64,000 nucleotides of DNA from Nymphaea colorata (GCF_008831285.2 NC_045138.2:12214001-12278000), one strand, 5' to 3'; counted from the first letter of the stretch, positions 34,201-47,500 are shown. The notes: a model not told the origin generated them from the sequence alone. Made by a program: numbers and translations.

Positions 34201-37200
34201 CCGAGCTTAGGTTGCAGCCATGAGCAGTGGCCTGGCCCGATGCCCAGGCGCAGTGGGAAGTTGATAACACAGCCAGAGGGGGACCCGCCTTGGCCTTTCT
34301 TGAAAATTGCAGAAATAAAAAATTTTACATGCAAAATTTAAAAAAAAATTATTTTAGTCCTATCTATTTTTTTTTTTTGAAAATTAGATACACGTTTTGG
34401 CTTCCCTAAACGAAAAATTGCAGGCTCATGGTGTGCGGGAGTAAACAAGTAAGGTCTGGGAGAGGGGTGGAGAAAGGCTGGCAGGAGGACGATGGAGTTT
34501 CTCCGATCGCCACCCAGCGTTAGGCCGGAGGGAGGGGCGGATGGGAGAGGAGAGAGAAAGACAGGGAACTGGTGAAGCCTAGTTTCTCCACCAGCGAGGC
34601 CGAAGAGGGAGAAAAAATGGGCGAAGAACGACGAGCCCTGCAAAGAGCATGAGCGAAAGAGCGCCAAAAAGAATGCTGGGAGAGAGAAAGAGAGGGAGAG
34701 AAAGAGCCTACAATTACCTTTCTTTGTAGTAAATCTAAGGAGTCTTGATGATTCCATAGTCGACTCTGCTTCTGAAGCTTTCGAGAGCATTCTTCCTCAA
34801 CTATGGCCCTCCCCATGTCTCGTAATTGATCATGCATCTCGAACCGTTGGCGTTTCTCATCCATCTTAATAAGAGACCTTCGTACAGGTACCATAATTGC
34901 AGCATCTGGGAACCACCCACAGTCCTCCCACATGTACGTAGCATTTTCTCTGCTCCGACCAACGAAAAAGCATGAAATATCTAGAAATATTTTCTTCTCC
35001 AAGTAATCCAAACTGTCATAGCTTAGCTTCAACCTCTGTTGGACTCTGCTTGGGGGGATCCTTTTCAGCTTCTCTAATGTATATTTCCATTGCTGTACAT
35101 TCCTTTTAGAAGACAAAAGAGATCCGAAAACTTCCAGGGTTAAGGGTAGCCCACCAGCTGCTGCAACTAGTTGGTGTGATAAGTTTACAAACTCTCCTTG
35201 TGGTTGTTCACCACTGAATGCATGAAGCATGAATAGTTCTCGAGACTGGTCTTCGTTCAGTTCTTGTGGCTTGTAAATTTCATCCTGCTTCACATTGCTA
35301 GCTAGCAGGACCTCCTCATCTCTGGTTGTGATTATAATCAAACTTCCTGAGCCAAACCAATCTCTCCCACCAGCCAATGCATCAAGTTGTTCTACGGAAT
35401 CAACGTCATCTAAGATAAGCAGAACTCTTTTACGACTAGCACTGTCTTTGATAAAAAATTTTCCTTGTGCAGCATCACTTACGGATATGTTTTTTTCTTT
35501 CAAGACCTCTCCAATCAACTGCTTTTGTAAGTCGACTAATCCATTAGGTTGGGCAGATTTTTCCCTAATATTTGAAAGAAAACAATTGGCACCATTAAAC
35601 CCTTTGGTTAAGTACTCATTATAAACAGCCTTGGCAATGGTTGTCTTTCCAAGACCCCCCATGCCATGTATTCCAACCACATGAACATCATTAATATTGT
35701 CTCCATTCTCTAGCATTTTCTTCACGATTTCAACGTGGCTTTCAATTCCAATTGGATGCTTTGCAACTTCAAGTGGCTTCTTGTTTACTTTGTCTAGCCC
35801 TATCTCAATGACTGCACGCTTTAGCTTTGCCTCATCCCTGCAAGTAATTCTCCCATGCATAACAAACTATAAACAATAGGAAAAGCGAAATTATGAAATT
35901 ATGATGTTTCTTTATCGGATCCAATATCAGACATAGCAAATGTGAAGGACCACAAAATTGAAGCAATTGACGGAAAATTGTTTGACTGTTACAATAAAAA
36001 GATATTTCCATGATAGGCTTCATCCATGTTAATTTAAGTTTTCCACATTCATCCATATTTTTGAATGTTTAGTCCCAATTCGTCCTTAAGTCTGCTCCGG
36101 TTCACGCAAATAAACATTCGAGTTAAATTAAGCTGGTCACTGGGAAAAAAATTAGCTACTTTGCGCTTAAGTACTCTCTGATACATAAATAGGGGATTTT
36201 AAATATTTAGAAACATTTTCCCAAAAAATTAATGACATGCATGTGCTTTTTATAAGCAAGAACTTGGAAAATGGTTAAATAATTTTCTGTTCATGGGTAA
36301 TTAAGAAATTTTAAGATGAAAACCGTGTGACCATTAAATTTTGATTTCTCATAAAAATTATACATGCTTTGGGGGCAACATGATTTTTCTTTTTGTTAAT
36401 TGTTAATTTAAGTTTTTCAACACAAAGATCACGTGTGTATAGTACTCAATTTTGAAAAAGGTTTGTCATATAATTTCCTTATAGTTTGTGTTGCCAAAAC
36501 TGTCCTTCCCTTTTCATTTATATCTACAGTCACACACAGGCCACAAGTTCAGGGCATGATGATAAGATAATGATTTTAACGAAGAAAACTCTAGAATATT
36601 AACTAGGGAAACCTGATGTTGGGACAACACAAACAGAAAATATGCATATGAATAAGACATGAATGGAAGTGAATGAAAAATCTATGTTCAACCAATAATC
36701 CCCCATTAATGCATGCTACAACAAAGGCATCCGCAGATTATACTTTAAATTTGGAGAGAGGGAAAGAAAGAGAGAGCTGATTAGACTTTAGTTGTTATGG
36801 AGAGAGAGAGACATATACCCATTCATGTCCTTGAGATTGAAGCCAGAGAGATTTGCCACTTTCTTCAATGTTTCCCTCCATTTCCTCACCTCCTCTTGGT
36901 TCTGCTTCTTGTTGGACTGATGGTCCTTAAACGCAGATTTGAAGGGGCCGCTTTGGTTGCGGACATCGGAAGGTTCCACGCCAAAGAACACAGGAACTAT
37001 TTCCTTACCGCATTCCACGCTTTTGGTCACCTCTTTCAAACACCATTTCGATTCTGCAAAGCGTTCAGAGAAGATGGGGACAAAGATCTTGGACCTCTCT
37101 GTGTACTCAAACAGCTTGTTGATCTCCTCCCCTTTTTTCAACTTCTCGCTATCTATGAAGGTGGAAATATTACGCTCCTCGAGGCCTTCATAAAGATGCC

Positions 37201-37447
37201 CAATGAAACGCTTTCGGATGTCTTCTCCTCTGAAGCTGAGAAACACTTCAAACTCAGATCCACCAGCCCTTGGTGAAGGCGGTGAGTGTGTTAACGTCTC
37301 CAGTACCTCTTCCCCTGCCTCCGTATTTCCTCTAATTCCAACATCAATATTTTGGTTGCCAGAAAGTAGCCTTAAAAGTGCCTCAAGGGCATGACCAAAG
37401 AGAACGGTGGTGAAGAGGACCATGAATAAAGCTGCAAATATCACCAT
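19776..37447 (-). CDS. TIR-NB-ARC-LRR (TNL) disease-resistance receptor, 5 exons: 37447-36819, 35837-34718, 24044-23760, 23673-20971, 20012-19776 (~1657 aa as read)
   Basis: Collinear TIR, NB-ARC and LRR ORFs on the minus strand. GT-AG sites found by eye give in-frame joins: 629+1120 nt = 583 codons, then 95, 901 and 78 codons. Intron phases 2,0,0,0 match the usual TNL layout. Confidence 0.92.
20971..23673 (-). CDS. TNL exon 4: very long LRR domain (~35-38 repeats)
   Basis: Uninterrupted 901-codon frame of LxxLxxLxLxxCxxLxxLPxSIG repeats ending in LPSSLLSLDASGCTNL. Acceptor CGCAG|GCC, donor AAG|GTATGT. Confidence 0.95.
23760..24044 (-). CDS. TNL exon 3: NB-LRR linker and first LRRs
   Basis: VPGTIDAEGVRI...FENMPSLRYL...FPTDLKWL...PSDFNLEKVVILDL is a typical TNL third exon. 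Acceptor GTGCAG|GTA, donor AAG|GTCAGT; 285 nt. Confidence 0.93.
26127..31651 (+). mobile_element. Full-length degenerate Ty1/Copia LTR retrotransposon (Tnt1-like; LTRs 26127-26923 and 30727-31651), antisense to the TNL
   Basis: TGTTG...TAACA LTR pair; TSD AAACC at 26122-26126 and 31652-31656; PBS TGGTATCA..GAGC at 26927; PPT GGAGGGGGAG at ~30715-30724. Gag LLSSLPDSWE, LWYRRLGHMS, integrase FWGE..TVYLINRSPS, VPYASIVGSLMY, RTKHIDVR. Confidence 0.95.
31152..31230. repeat. (TA)n microsatellite inside the 3' LTR
   Basis: About 39 TA units; the counterpart in the 5' LTR (~26402-26425) is shorter. Confidence 0.97.
33950..34225. mobile_element. MITE-like remnant with a ~62-bp tandem duplication in TNL intron 2
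   Basis: GAGTACCCATCACCCGATCA.AAATGAACCCGAAAA.AAGGCATCG occurs twice (33981 and 34043); rich in ACCCGA/CTCGAG motifs. Confidence 0.55.
34718..35837 (-). CDS. TNL exon 2: NB-ARC domain
   Basis: P-loop GIHGMGGLGKTT, RNBS-A CFLSNIRE, kinase-2 LLILDDVD, RNBS-B GSGSLIIITTRD, GLPL (GGLPLTL), RNBS-D FLDISCFF, MHD (FEMHDQL), SRLW. Acceptor TTGCAG|G at 35837; donor AAG|GTAATT at 34717. Confidence 0.96.
36819..37447 (-). CDS. TNL exon 1: hydrophobic N-terminus, linker and TIR domain
   Basis: FEVFLSFRGEDIRKRFIGHLY...IFVPIFSERFAESKWCLKEV...IVPVFFGVEPSDVRNQSG...KW. The catalytic Glu of WCLxE is retained. Donor ATG AAT GG|GTATAT at 36818. Confidence 0.95.
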
Positions 37448-39499
37448 TTTCCTCTAGAACTGTGGAGAGGTATGGTAGGAAAAATATGCACCTTTCTTGG
37501 TCACACCAGGTACAGAACCAAGATCGAAAGGCAGAAGAGCAGAGATATGGAAGGCTGGGCTTGTGCTTAACTTGGGTGAAACCAGGAATTCATGCAAAAC
37601 GAAGCGGGCAATCGTGGGTGAGACCCCTTTGACCTAGTGTGATTTCACACGTCTGTAATTTATGCCGTTTTATTCCTTGTGCCGTCGAAAATTAATTGAG
37701 GGAATAGAAACTCGCCAGGTTAGTTGCAAATTCACTTCAGCGATATTGTTAGTGGGATTGTGTTGATGGGAGCCAGCCTTGGATTTGCATGCGCTGCCCG
37801 AAATTGATCTAATGCAGCACTCGAGGATCTGTGTGCCAAGCTATTTGATAGTAACCACTAAGCCCATGGATTGAGTTCGCATGAATTATTAAAAGAAATA
37901 GGATAGAACGTCTTAATCATTTAATATTATTCTACAACTTATCCTGGTCAGAAGATTCCATTGCTGAGCGCCAGCCGGCACAAAACAATTTCCGTTGTTT
38001 AAGTTGAAACGATGGTTTATATCATGGCAAACTCCACTGACCTGCCAAAAATTGTTTGTGATTATCTGAAAATAACTTTTTTGTCCTTTTCTATTTTAAA
38101 TTTCCCGTAGGTTGAGCGGAAGACTAAGGGCAAACATTTTTTTCTTGTGCAATTTAAAATCAATTGGTCAAACAATGACAACACCAACCGTTTCGACCTA
38201 TTCAAATTTGTTTTGTTAAATAACCATATTGCTCTTTTTTTTATTACAAATTGGCATTTTTCTACTACCAACCACAATTTTTGATCCGTGAGAAAAAAAC
38301 TTTTCGTGAGGTCGGTATCTCTTCTGCCCTCTTTCTGCTATAAATGTACATATCTTTCTGTCTTAAACCAGGATAAAGGACCGGTTTTGAACTTGAGACT
38401 TGAATACTTAAGTTCACATGAGGCCGAGCTCACCTAGCTTTATGTATTAAACCAGCCAGCAAAAGCAGACATCTCACAAGTGTAATCTTGACAGCCTTGA
38501 CCTTTAATGTAGAATTTTTCTTTTCGGCATGAGCATGCTCGGAAGAGTACTTGAACTGTATTTTTCCAAGTCAAAAGAAACAAGGAGCAAAAATTTTCAT
38601 TCTAATTAGAAACCGCAAAATATGGAATTTCTCTAGATCAGATTTCCTCACAAAGTAGGAAGGAATCAATTTATGGAGTTCAAACAAAAGTTTTAGTATA
38701 AATAAGAATTTCACTAACCAAATTCATTTAAACAAAGAAATAAAAAAAATAAGGTTTTCTACTCCGGCAGATAAGCAGGATGAGTATTTCAACCACCCGT
38801 TCAACAAGAAGATTGAAGCCCCCACCCTGCCCCTCCTCTTTAGGGTATCGTTGTCTTGTAATAATACTCTCAATATGGTTCAACTTGCATATTGATGCCA
38901 TTTTTTGCAATAAATGAAATTTGCTATTGTAAAATTTGAAACAGATCTAGACTACTAACTCCTCTCTCATTTATTACACCAATCTTATCGAAAAAAGGAT
39001 TTTCAACCATTATAAGAAAATAAATAAATGAAAAGGCCATGACCTGTAAGACTTAAGATGATGCGCAAGAGGACACCCAACCAATGCTGTCGGGTTCTGC
39101 TTCCATTCAATGACCCAATCGAGGACCATGTATCAACTTTTAACCAATTTTAAAATTTTCATTCATTTTTTTATTTAAATATTTTTATCCAATCTAGAAC
39201 TGATTGAGCTGCACAGCTGATGAATTGGACAGTTCAGCGAGTGGAGAGCCCTGCTAATAAAACGCACTCTCTTTATCTCCTTGTTCAAGATGATTACAAC
39301 TCAAAGCTTCATAACTAAAATTAGATATGTAGGAATTATTCCACCGAGTCATGCACCATGCCAAGAAGATAATTTGGCCTTGATAGCTAGAAGATGAAAA
39401 TTTAACTAGTTATATTTTATTTTTTTTTTGGATTTTGTGGTCTAGATTATCTCTTTCTTTCAATTGATGGTTCATATTGGGATTTAGTCCGGCATTTTT

Positions 39500-42400
39500 T
39501 TTATGTTGCAGCAAAGATGGAGGTGGTAACTATATACTGCCTCAAAAGGGGTAAAATAGTGATTTAAATTGCAGGACCACTCGTTCTGTAGACCGACTCT
39601 TTGGTTTGTAGCTTACAAAACACCTTAAGAAGGTCTTAAGTATCTAGTTGACCACCTCAAATTGACAATCAGTTTGAAAGTGATAAGCAATGCTAAGGCA
39701 ACCTTTTGTCTTCATCAATTTAAAGTGCTCCTTCCAAATTTTGTTAAGGAAGTGAGATCTTTTGTCACTAATTATTGTTCTGGGGACCCCATGAAGTTTT
39801 CCTACATGTTCTTGGAAGGCTTCAATTATTGAAAACGCAGATAAGGTTCCTGGAAAAGCAACAAAATGAGCACATTTTATCAGATGATGTACCACAACCA
39901 AAATTGTATTGTTGCCTTTAGAATTGACCAAGGCCTCAATCAAGTCCACAGATATGTCCTCCTAGGATTTTTCTATGATAGAAAATGAGTTCAGGTGACC
40001 TAGAGAATGAATATTCTCATAATTATTCTTTTAGCAAAGAGTGCATTCACTCACATAGGTTTTGAACCTCGCCTTCATGCCCTTTTAATAGAAAATTTCT
40101 TTGAGTCATTGTAGTGTCTTATGGACACCTTCGTGTTTGAATAATAGATTATCATGAAAATGATGGAGGAGATTTGTAGTAACTTTAGATTGGACAGGCA
40201 ACCATATTATATTTTTGTAATTAATAACCCTATTCATAAGTGTGTAACTGAGACAATCAAAGGGTCTGTAAGATGCTTTTTTCTATTTTTGACCATAGGT
40301 TAGAAGAAATTTGGGACAATATGCATAGGATGACCATTCTTTTTGGTCACCATCTTTCCTTGAGAGAGTATTAGCAACACCATTCACTTAGTCTTTTTTA
40401 TATTAGATTTCGAAATCATAGGCCATGATCTTTGCTAACCACTTCTGCTGCATAGAAGTGGTGATTCCCTATTTGATCAATTACCTAAGGCTGCAATGAT
40501 TGGTCTAGATTATGAAATCTAAGCCTAAAATGTTGGAACACCAGCGCTCCAATGTTTGTAACTATGGCTAAGATCTCCTTACCTAGGTCCACAGTGATTT
40601 GGCTCTGGATATGAGGGTTTTGTTGATGAAGGCTATGGAATGACTCACCTAGTGTAAGATTGTTCAAATACTTTGTCACTAGTATCAATCTCAATGAAGA
40701 ATTCCTCGTTGAAGTTTGACACTGCTAGGACTGTTACACTCATCATGACCTTCTTGTGTTAATTAAAGGTGGTGGCAACTTATTTGGTTCATAAAAAATA
40801 ATTCTTTTTCAAAAGTTGTGTAAGCGGGGCTGCAATAAGTCCGTAGTGTTAAGTGAACCTCCTGTAGTACCTTTTAAGACCTAAAAAATCTCAAGGAATA
40901 AATGTCCTTGGGAGTTGAACATTGCTCCATAAATTGTGCTTTCTTGTGTTAGACCACTTCTTCTTGGCAAAAGATGCATTTTGATTTCTTTGCAAACATG
41001 TAGCATTTTTGGAACATTATCAGAACAATTTTAACATGGTCCAAATGTTCAGACCAAGTTTTGAAATAAATCAAGATATGATTGAAGAATGCTACGACGA
41101 ATTTTGAAGGGAAGAGTAGAAAATGACATTTATGACTATTGGAATGTCCTAGAAGCATTAGTTAACCCAAATGATATGACGAGGAACTCGTAGTGGCTAT
41201 CAAGGGTTCGAAATGCAGATGTTTGTACATCTTGTGAGGCTATTATGATCTGGTGGTATCTTGACTTAAGATTCAGCTTTGTGAAATACTGAACACCATG
41301 CAACTCATCAGGCAACTCATTTGTAGTTGGGATGATATACTTATCCTCGACAGTAGAATCATTTAAGGCCCTATAATCCACATAGAACATCAATATTTCT
41401 CTTTCTTCTTGACCAACACAACTAGAGAAGAAAAAGGGCTAGAACTTGCATGAATGATGACTCCCCATCATCTCCTTCACCAGTTTCTTAACATTGTTTT
41501 TCTAAGTGTGGGCATATCTATACGGTTTTACATTGGCTAGTTTGGCCCAATCCTTGAGGATAATGTGGTGATCTTGGGAGCATGCAGGTGGTTAACCCTT
41601 TGGCTCATATTTGGTTGGAACGAATCTAAAACATGTTCAAAAGAACGGGTTTTGACTATAGTGAGTGCAAAAATCATACCCTTCTCTTTTGGCTTGCAAA
41701 ATTTTCAATGCTTGTTTTGACGCTGTGTGTTTTGAGCTTTTAAAACTGTAGTTTTTCCTTCAATAGGAAAAGTCATGGTCATTTGTTTAACATCATACGT
41801 CACTTGTCATAAAGTTTAAAGCTAAAACATTCTCAAAACTATGTCAACTCCTTTGATTAGCAAAATATAAATACTTCAAAATGTCGGTTTTTCATTTCAA
41901 CATATGTAGTGACAATGGAGTTTCATTCTATTACTAAATAAACTTCGAAAGATACAAGTTCCTTCAAGGGATACCTAAGGTTTGTGCAATATTTTCATTT
42001 ATGAAATTGTGTGTGGACCATGTACCAACAAGAAAACTTATCTCTTTATCTCCTATCTTACCCTTAACTCTCATAGGACTTTGGGTGTTAGCTCTTCTGA
42101 GAGTGTGATAGAAGACTTCTACAGTTTCCTTATCTTTGGGTCTTTGAATAGTTGCTGCATCTTCTCTGTTGTTTGATTCCTCAAAAGATGTTTCTTCCTC
42201 ATCTAAGGACTCGCATCACTGTCGATCACCATGAAAGTGCTCATGGTCTTGCACGTATGCCCCTTGAACCATTTTTCATCATAGTTAAAACAAAGACCTT
42301 TTCTTTGCCTCTCTTTCCATTTTTGACGGGTAAAATACTCAATTTTAAGCACATTGGATTTAGGGGTGTCCCTCCTATAAGGCTTCTTATTGTGGTAATT

Positions 42401-43309
42401 GATAGGGATGCTGGGTTTTGGGTTTGGACGGGCATGGTTTGTCATGCTTTTCATATTGTGGTAGTTTTATGTATGTCCATAACTTCCTATTTATTTTATC
42501 GATCACTCAAGCGATCCTTATACATTCAAGGAAGTATTAGGCTTGGGCAGCCAAGACTTCAATCCTAATATCATTGCGCAATCCTCTAATAAAAAATCCC
42601 ATCATAGTATTTGTGGGGATATTCTCAGTCATAATACTCAAGTCATCAAATTTAGCAATGTAATCATTAAGACTTCCAATTTCCTTAAGGTTCTTGAGTT
42701 CTACCTCATAGTTGATGAGACTCACCTAAAATGGTTGTTTATCTCATATAATGCTATATGAAGAATGAGTTGTTCTGCTTTCACCACATAAACCAATGCA
42801 TGACTTCTTCAAATTGTAGGGAGACTATGTACATATAATGTTCTATGGGCACTTGTTGACCCTCAAAATATTGGTTAGCTTTGAAAATCCAATTTGATAC
42901 ATGTTTAACATTAAATTTAGCAAAACTAATATTTAATCTAGGTAATTTAAACTCATTTTTCTCTGTGTGTTATATGTGAAATTATGCCCAAATTTATGAG
43001 AATGGTGGGAGGGTGGTATGGGTGATCATGGCCTGTGTGATGTATGAGAATATAAATTATGAGAAGTGCATACTCTTCTATCACGATCTGGCCTTTCTCG
43101 AAGTTGGTCTATCTCCATTTATTGCTGCACAACCCTGTTCATAGCCTCTGTCAAAGTTGATGGCCATATTGTTTACTTGTGTGGACATGTGCTGAACAGA
43201 CTTTCTCAGTGTGCCCTATCACCTTGCATAGTATTGATTCACTTTATCTTCCACATCCTCCAAACGATTTGCATTGCACCATGCAATCCAAATAGTGGCT
43301 CTAATACCA
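39500..43309 (-). mobile_element. Decayed Ty3/Gypsy element (chromovirus-like gag-PR-RT-RH-INT)
   Basis: PBS complement GCTCTAATACCA at 43298-43309; gag FFIRGLRNDI and RQRKGLCFNYDEKWFKGHTCK; RT VDYRALN, FTKLNLKSRYHQI, AFRT..HYEFLVISFGLTNA; integrase MDLIEAL...ILVVV, KLHGVPRTIISD, AYH.QTD.Q.EVVN. Gypsy domain order. Confidence 0.88.
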
Positions 43310-43371
43310 GAATTGGGTGCTACATATTCATAAAATCCTTAGTTGCATGTGAAATTGATCAGATTTATGTA

Positions 43372-44486
43372 TGATGCATCCTGTCCAGATAAACTTCGAA
43401 GTAAATAACCCAAGTACAAATGCTTTCCAACCACTAACTAATCAATACCACAATGCACTCTCTCTAGATTCATGTGTATGAAGTGTTCAAACTATTCAAG
43501 GGAGATAGAGAAATAGCCAATGAGAAAACCTTGGGTGACCAATTCAAGGCCATCGCAGTGCAATGGGGATCTCCAAACTTGATGACCGTGAGCTGAGCCT
43601 AAGGGAAGTCCCCATGTACACATCCTTGAAATGGGTCACATATTCCCTCTACCACTTTGGCTAAGCATCCACCTTGGACCCAGTTAGATTTGCTGGGAAA
43701 GGGCTTAGCTAGGTTGGATACGTGAGCTTGCACTAGGCCTAAGTGTCTAAACCAAATGCCATGCACCTCATGGAGAGGTCCTTCAGTGAGCAGGCTACAA
43801 GGTAGATGAAGCGATGGAGGCCTCCTGGCAGCAAGACTAGGGGTGTACTCCTAAACAGCATTGGACTAGCCATGAGCTAAGCATGGCTAAGGGACAACCA
43901 TGGGCCAAGCGTTGTCTGGTTGGGCTTAGACTATTAGGTGAGTAGCGGAGGCCAGAGGAGATGAAGAAGAAAGTGTTGCGGTTGGGTAGCTGACAGTGTT
44001 GGCCGCATAGCTGGACAGGACCTGAACAGAGCTGGGCTCTGGCCGAGCATGGGCTGCAAGAGCTGGTTGGCAAAGGCTGAGAGCATGGCTAGGTGAAGCC
44101 TGGATAGGTGGCGGTTGTTGTCTGGTTGGCTTGGAGTTGGCCAGATAGTCAAATAGAGCTTGGCCAAAACTCGGCATTGGCCAACGTGGTCGATTATGCT
44201 TGACCGATGTGGCTGGGCAGTGCTCAGCCTTAGCAACATGCTGGTTGGGGATATTGGGTTGGATGCCCCAATAAAGATGCTACAAAAAAAAAGATGCAAA
44301 CTTAGACTCAAATGATAGCCAAACACGTTTCTTCAATGCTCCTCACGACTTCATGAAATTGATATTTTCATTTGATCTTTACTCTATGTGGCCGAGTCCA
44401 CAAGTGCCAATCTGAATTGGAATAGGGAGACTCCAATCGACTATCTTCATTTCTCCTAAGCCCTAATGGCAGGAACATGTGCATCA
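43372..44486. mobile_element. LTR-like segment (~1.1 kb): either a solo LTR or the LTR of the adjacent Gypsy
   Basis: 7-bp inverted termini TGATGCA...TGCATCA; imperfect flanks (ATGTA / ATAGTA); lies about 60 bp from the Gypsy PBS. Confidence 0.5.
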
Positions 44487-44599
44487 ATAGTAGGTGATAG
44501 TTTCTTGGATTTCTCATAAAGATAGGACAAAGTGGGTGATCCCTAAAACCCTTGTCATCGATTATTCCTCTAACTCAAGAAAATTGAGGTCCACATTAT

Positions 44600-47500
44600 T
44601 GTACAACATAGTTGACCTCCACCATAGGCTCCTTTAGTTTGAACATTTTCAAGCTCTTGCACAGTGACACCTTTACTAGCTCATAAATATTGGGTGCATC
44701 TACCTTGTGGGAAGGCCCATGATCATGGGCTATGAAAGTCTCTCCTCAAGGTTTTCTACTGGGCCAGTTGTGATACATCGACTTTACTCCATCTAATGTA
44801 TTGGTGAAATGTAGATGGCACAACATTGTTGTAAATTCAGGGCCACCCAATAAGAGGTTATATGAAGGCAATATGTTTTCTTCATAAAAACTACACTGAT
44901 TGGATAGAGTAATTAATAAAAAGGTCAATGATAATTGTTTCCTTGGCTGTTTAGGAATGGTTATCAAACCCAAAGATAGTTATGGAGTTTGGAGTATGTT
45001 CTTCAATCTTAATGCCTACGGCTTGACTGCCTCTATAAATGAATAAATGCAGAACAATTGCACATCTTGTCTTAACCTCAATGTACTTAGTATTGTTACA
45101 AAATATAACAGTCTTGAGATGGTCTTTGTATAAAAATGTGACCACAACATTTACAAGGAACAAACTAACTTTCTTGGCCATCTCTTCTAGAGTTGAGCTA
45201 CTTTTTACCTTAACCTTCTTCAAAAGGACTCCACGACTTCCTTGAATTTAGTCAAAGGACTCTATTAGATCCATGATGGATACCATGGTTAATGGCTTTA
45301 CATGTTCACTCTGCTTTACCTCCTGTGATGTTGCAGTTCTAATACCAGCCCTTAGAATCTTGATGAAATGTTATGGAAGTGGAGACTTCCTTTCTACTTG
45401 CAAATCTGCTTTCCTTGATCTTGTATACATATCATTCTCTTTTCTATGGCTGTTATAAAATTTGGTGTGACCTTGGGATAGCTAAGATTATCTATTGTTC
45501 CATCAAATCAGTCTTTGAGTATGACTGGATATGGTCCTAGGGACAAAAGAGCAAAGTGGACGATTACAATGGTACCATCATCGTGCTTCTTGAACGAGTC
45601 ATTTAATATCTCATGTTGATTTGCGACATCTACCAACTTCTTGTCATCTATGGCGTCTTAATTAATTTTTTGTAGTACAAAACAATTTTTCATGTCATGG
45701 CCATAGGCTCAATGTTATCAGTAGTAATGATCTTTGTGAAGACCCATGATAATTGAAGGGTCTACTACTTTACGGTTTCATCATTCCTTTGTTGATTATC
45801 AAATACATAACTTGCTTCCTTATTTGTTCAATAGCTGTAAATTATTTGTTGTAGCTTCATTATCGGTTCTTAATCTTGTTTGTGTCCAACTTCTTGGATA
45901 CCTCCATTTGTTGGGCCCCTTTTTAGTTGCCCTATTTGTGGCAGTACCATAGTTATTTCCTTTATCATTAAACTGCACGTCTACTATACTAGTAAATATT
46001 ACGTTGTTGTTCTTCTTAGGCTCCTCCTTTTTGCTTGCAAATGGAGATGTATGGTGCCATCTTCCAAACTGTTTTCGAGCCATCTATCTATTTAAGAAAA
46101 GAACCATACCGTGTTTGTGATAGCATGTTCCTTAATGGCTTAGTGAAATTTCTCTTGTTGTGGGCTATAATATGGTCCTCAAGCATTGGGCTCTTGAGGA
46201 GGTTGCAAGTAGTTTTCCACCTCAGATTGAATTGGTGGACAATTTCCCCAAGCTTTTGTTTCAGATGCATAAGATATACAATTGTGGTAGCTACAGTTTC
46301 ATAATTGTAGCCAAACATTTCCATGAATATTTGTACAACTTTATCAAATTCCTTCAATTTGGTTGGGTTGATGTTCTCAAGATACACCATGATACTTTTC
46401 CCTTTTAGACTTCTTGGGAAGAATCAAAATAAGACATAGTTGTTTTCACTACACGACCCCATGCCTGCAAGAAGCTGGTGTCCATGAAGATCCCCTTTTC
46501 CATTATATTTGTTGACGATGAGGGAGTTTTTTGAATATTAAAGAACTTGACAGTTCTTTAATTATTTTTCATATTTTTTCTGGTTTACAATGTAATTATA
46601 CTTTGTGCCCTAATTCTCCCTTAAGTAAGGGTTAGGGTAAGTAATTGAATACCCTTTTTTTTTCCTGTCCAACAACATGGTGCCAGAGGAGGCTCCATGA
46701 CTCCTGCATGCAGCGGGCCACCATCCAACTTCTGGTGAACTCTCTTCCTCTTCTTCTCCTCTTCCTGCCTTCTTCCATATGTTCTGGTTGGCAACCATCA
46801 GCAAAGAGGGTGTGTGAAGGAGTCTGTTCACGCTCAGAAATATGTGTGAATAGACTCCAGTCATGGATATCAACAAAAAAAATTGGTGCAGCTGTGTGGG
46901 AGTCTGTGTCGTTTAACATTTTATGGATTGACGTCATTATATAATCAACACAGCCAAGTGGAGGACTGCTGGGTGGACTTTTTAGAAGTTATATGGTAAT
47001 AATTTTGTAATATTGAGACTGTTTTAACAAGTTAGAGTCGATGTTTTGCTGTATGCCAATATACTAAAGCTGAAATTTGTTGAGTGATTTTATCTTTTCT
47101 ATGAACTAGTTATTCCCCTCTAGAAACTATTACAATTAGTGGATACTGTTTTATTGTGCCTAGTTGTCTTGGGTACATCTCTAGATATTTGTTGGTCTTC
47201 CTTTATTGCTAACATAGTGCTGGTTCAGCAATCTACTTAAAGTGTGCAGTTTTTTTTCTGTTCAACACTATGGAGCATAAGGATACTACAGCTGATACAC
47301 AGGGGAGTATAAAATCTCAGGGAGTCCTTTTTTATTTGGGTCTACTGTGAAGCTAGATGACACAAATTATGAGATATGGTCCTGTGAATTTATGATGTTG
47401 GTTAAGGAGCATAGAAAGAAACATGTTATTGAGGAGGATGAATCCCTAACTAATTTAGGAAAATATTCAACATGGGAGGAGGATAATAATATTGTTATGT

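Noticed and set aside
35295..37394. + strand ORFs overlapping the TIR and NB-ARC exons
   Set aside because: Antisense shadows with no independent protein features.
43837..44326. Overlapping GC-rich ORFs
   Set aside because: They lie inside an LTR-like segment, have low-complexity composition and show no domain signal.
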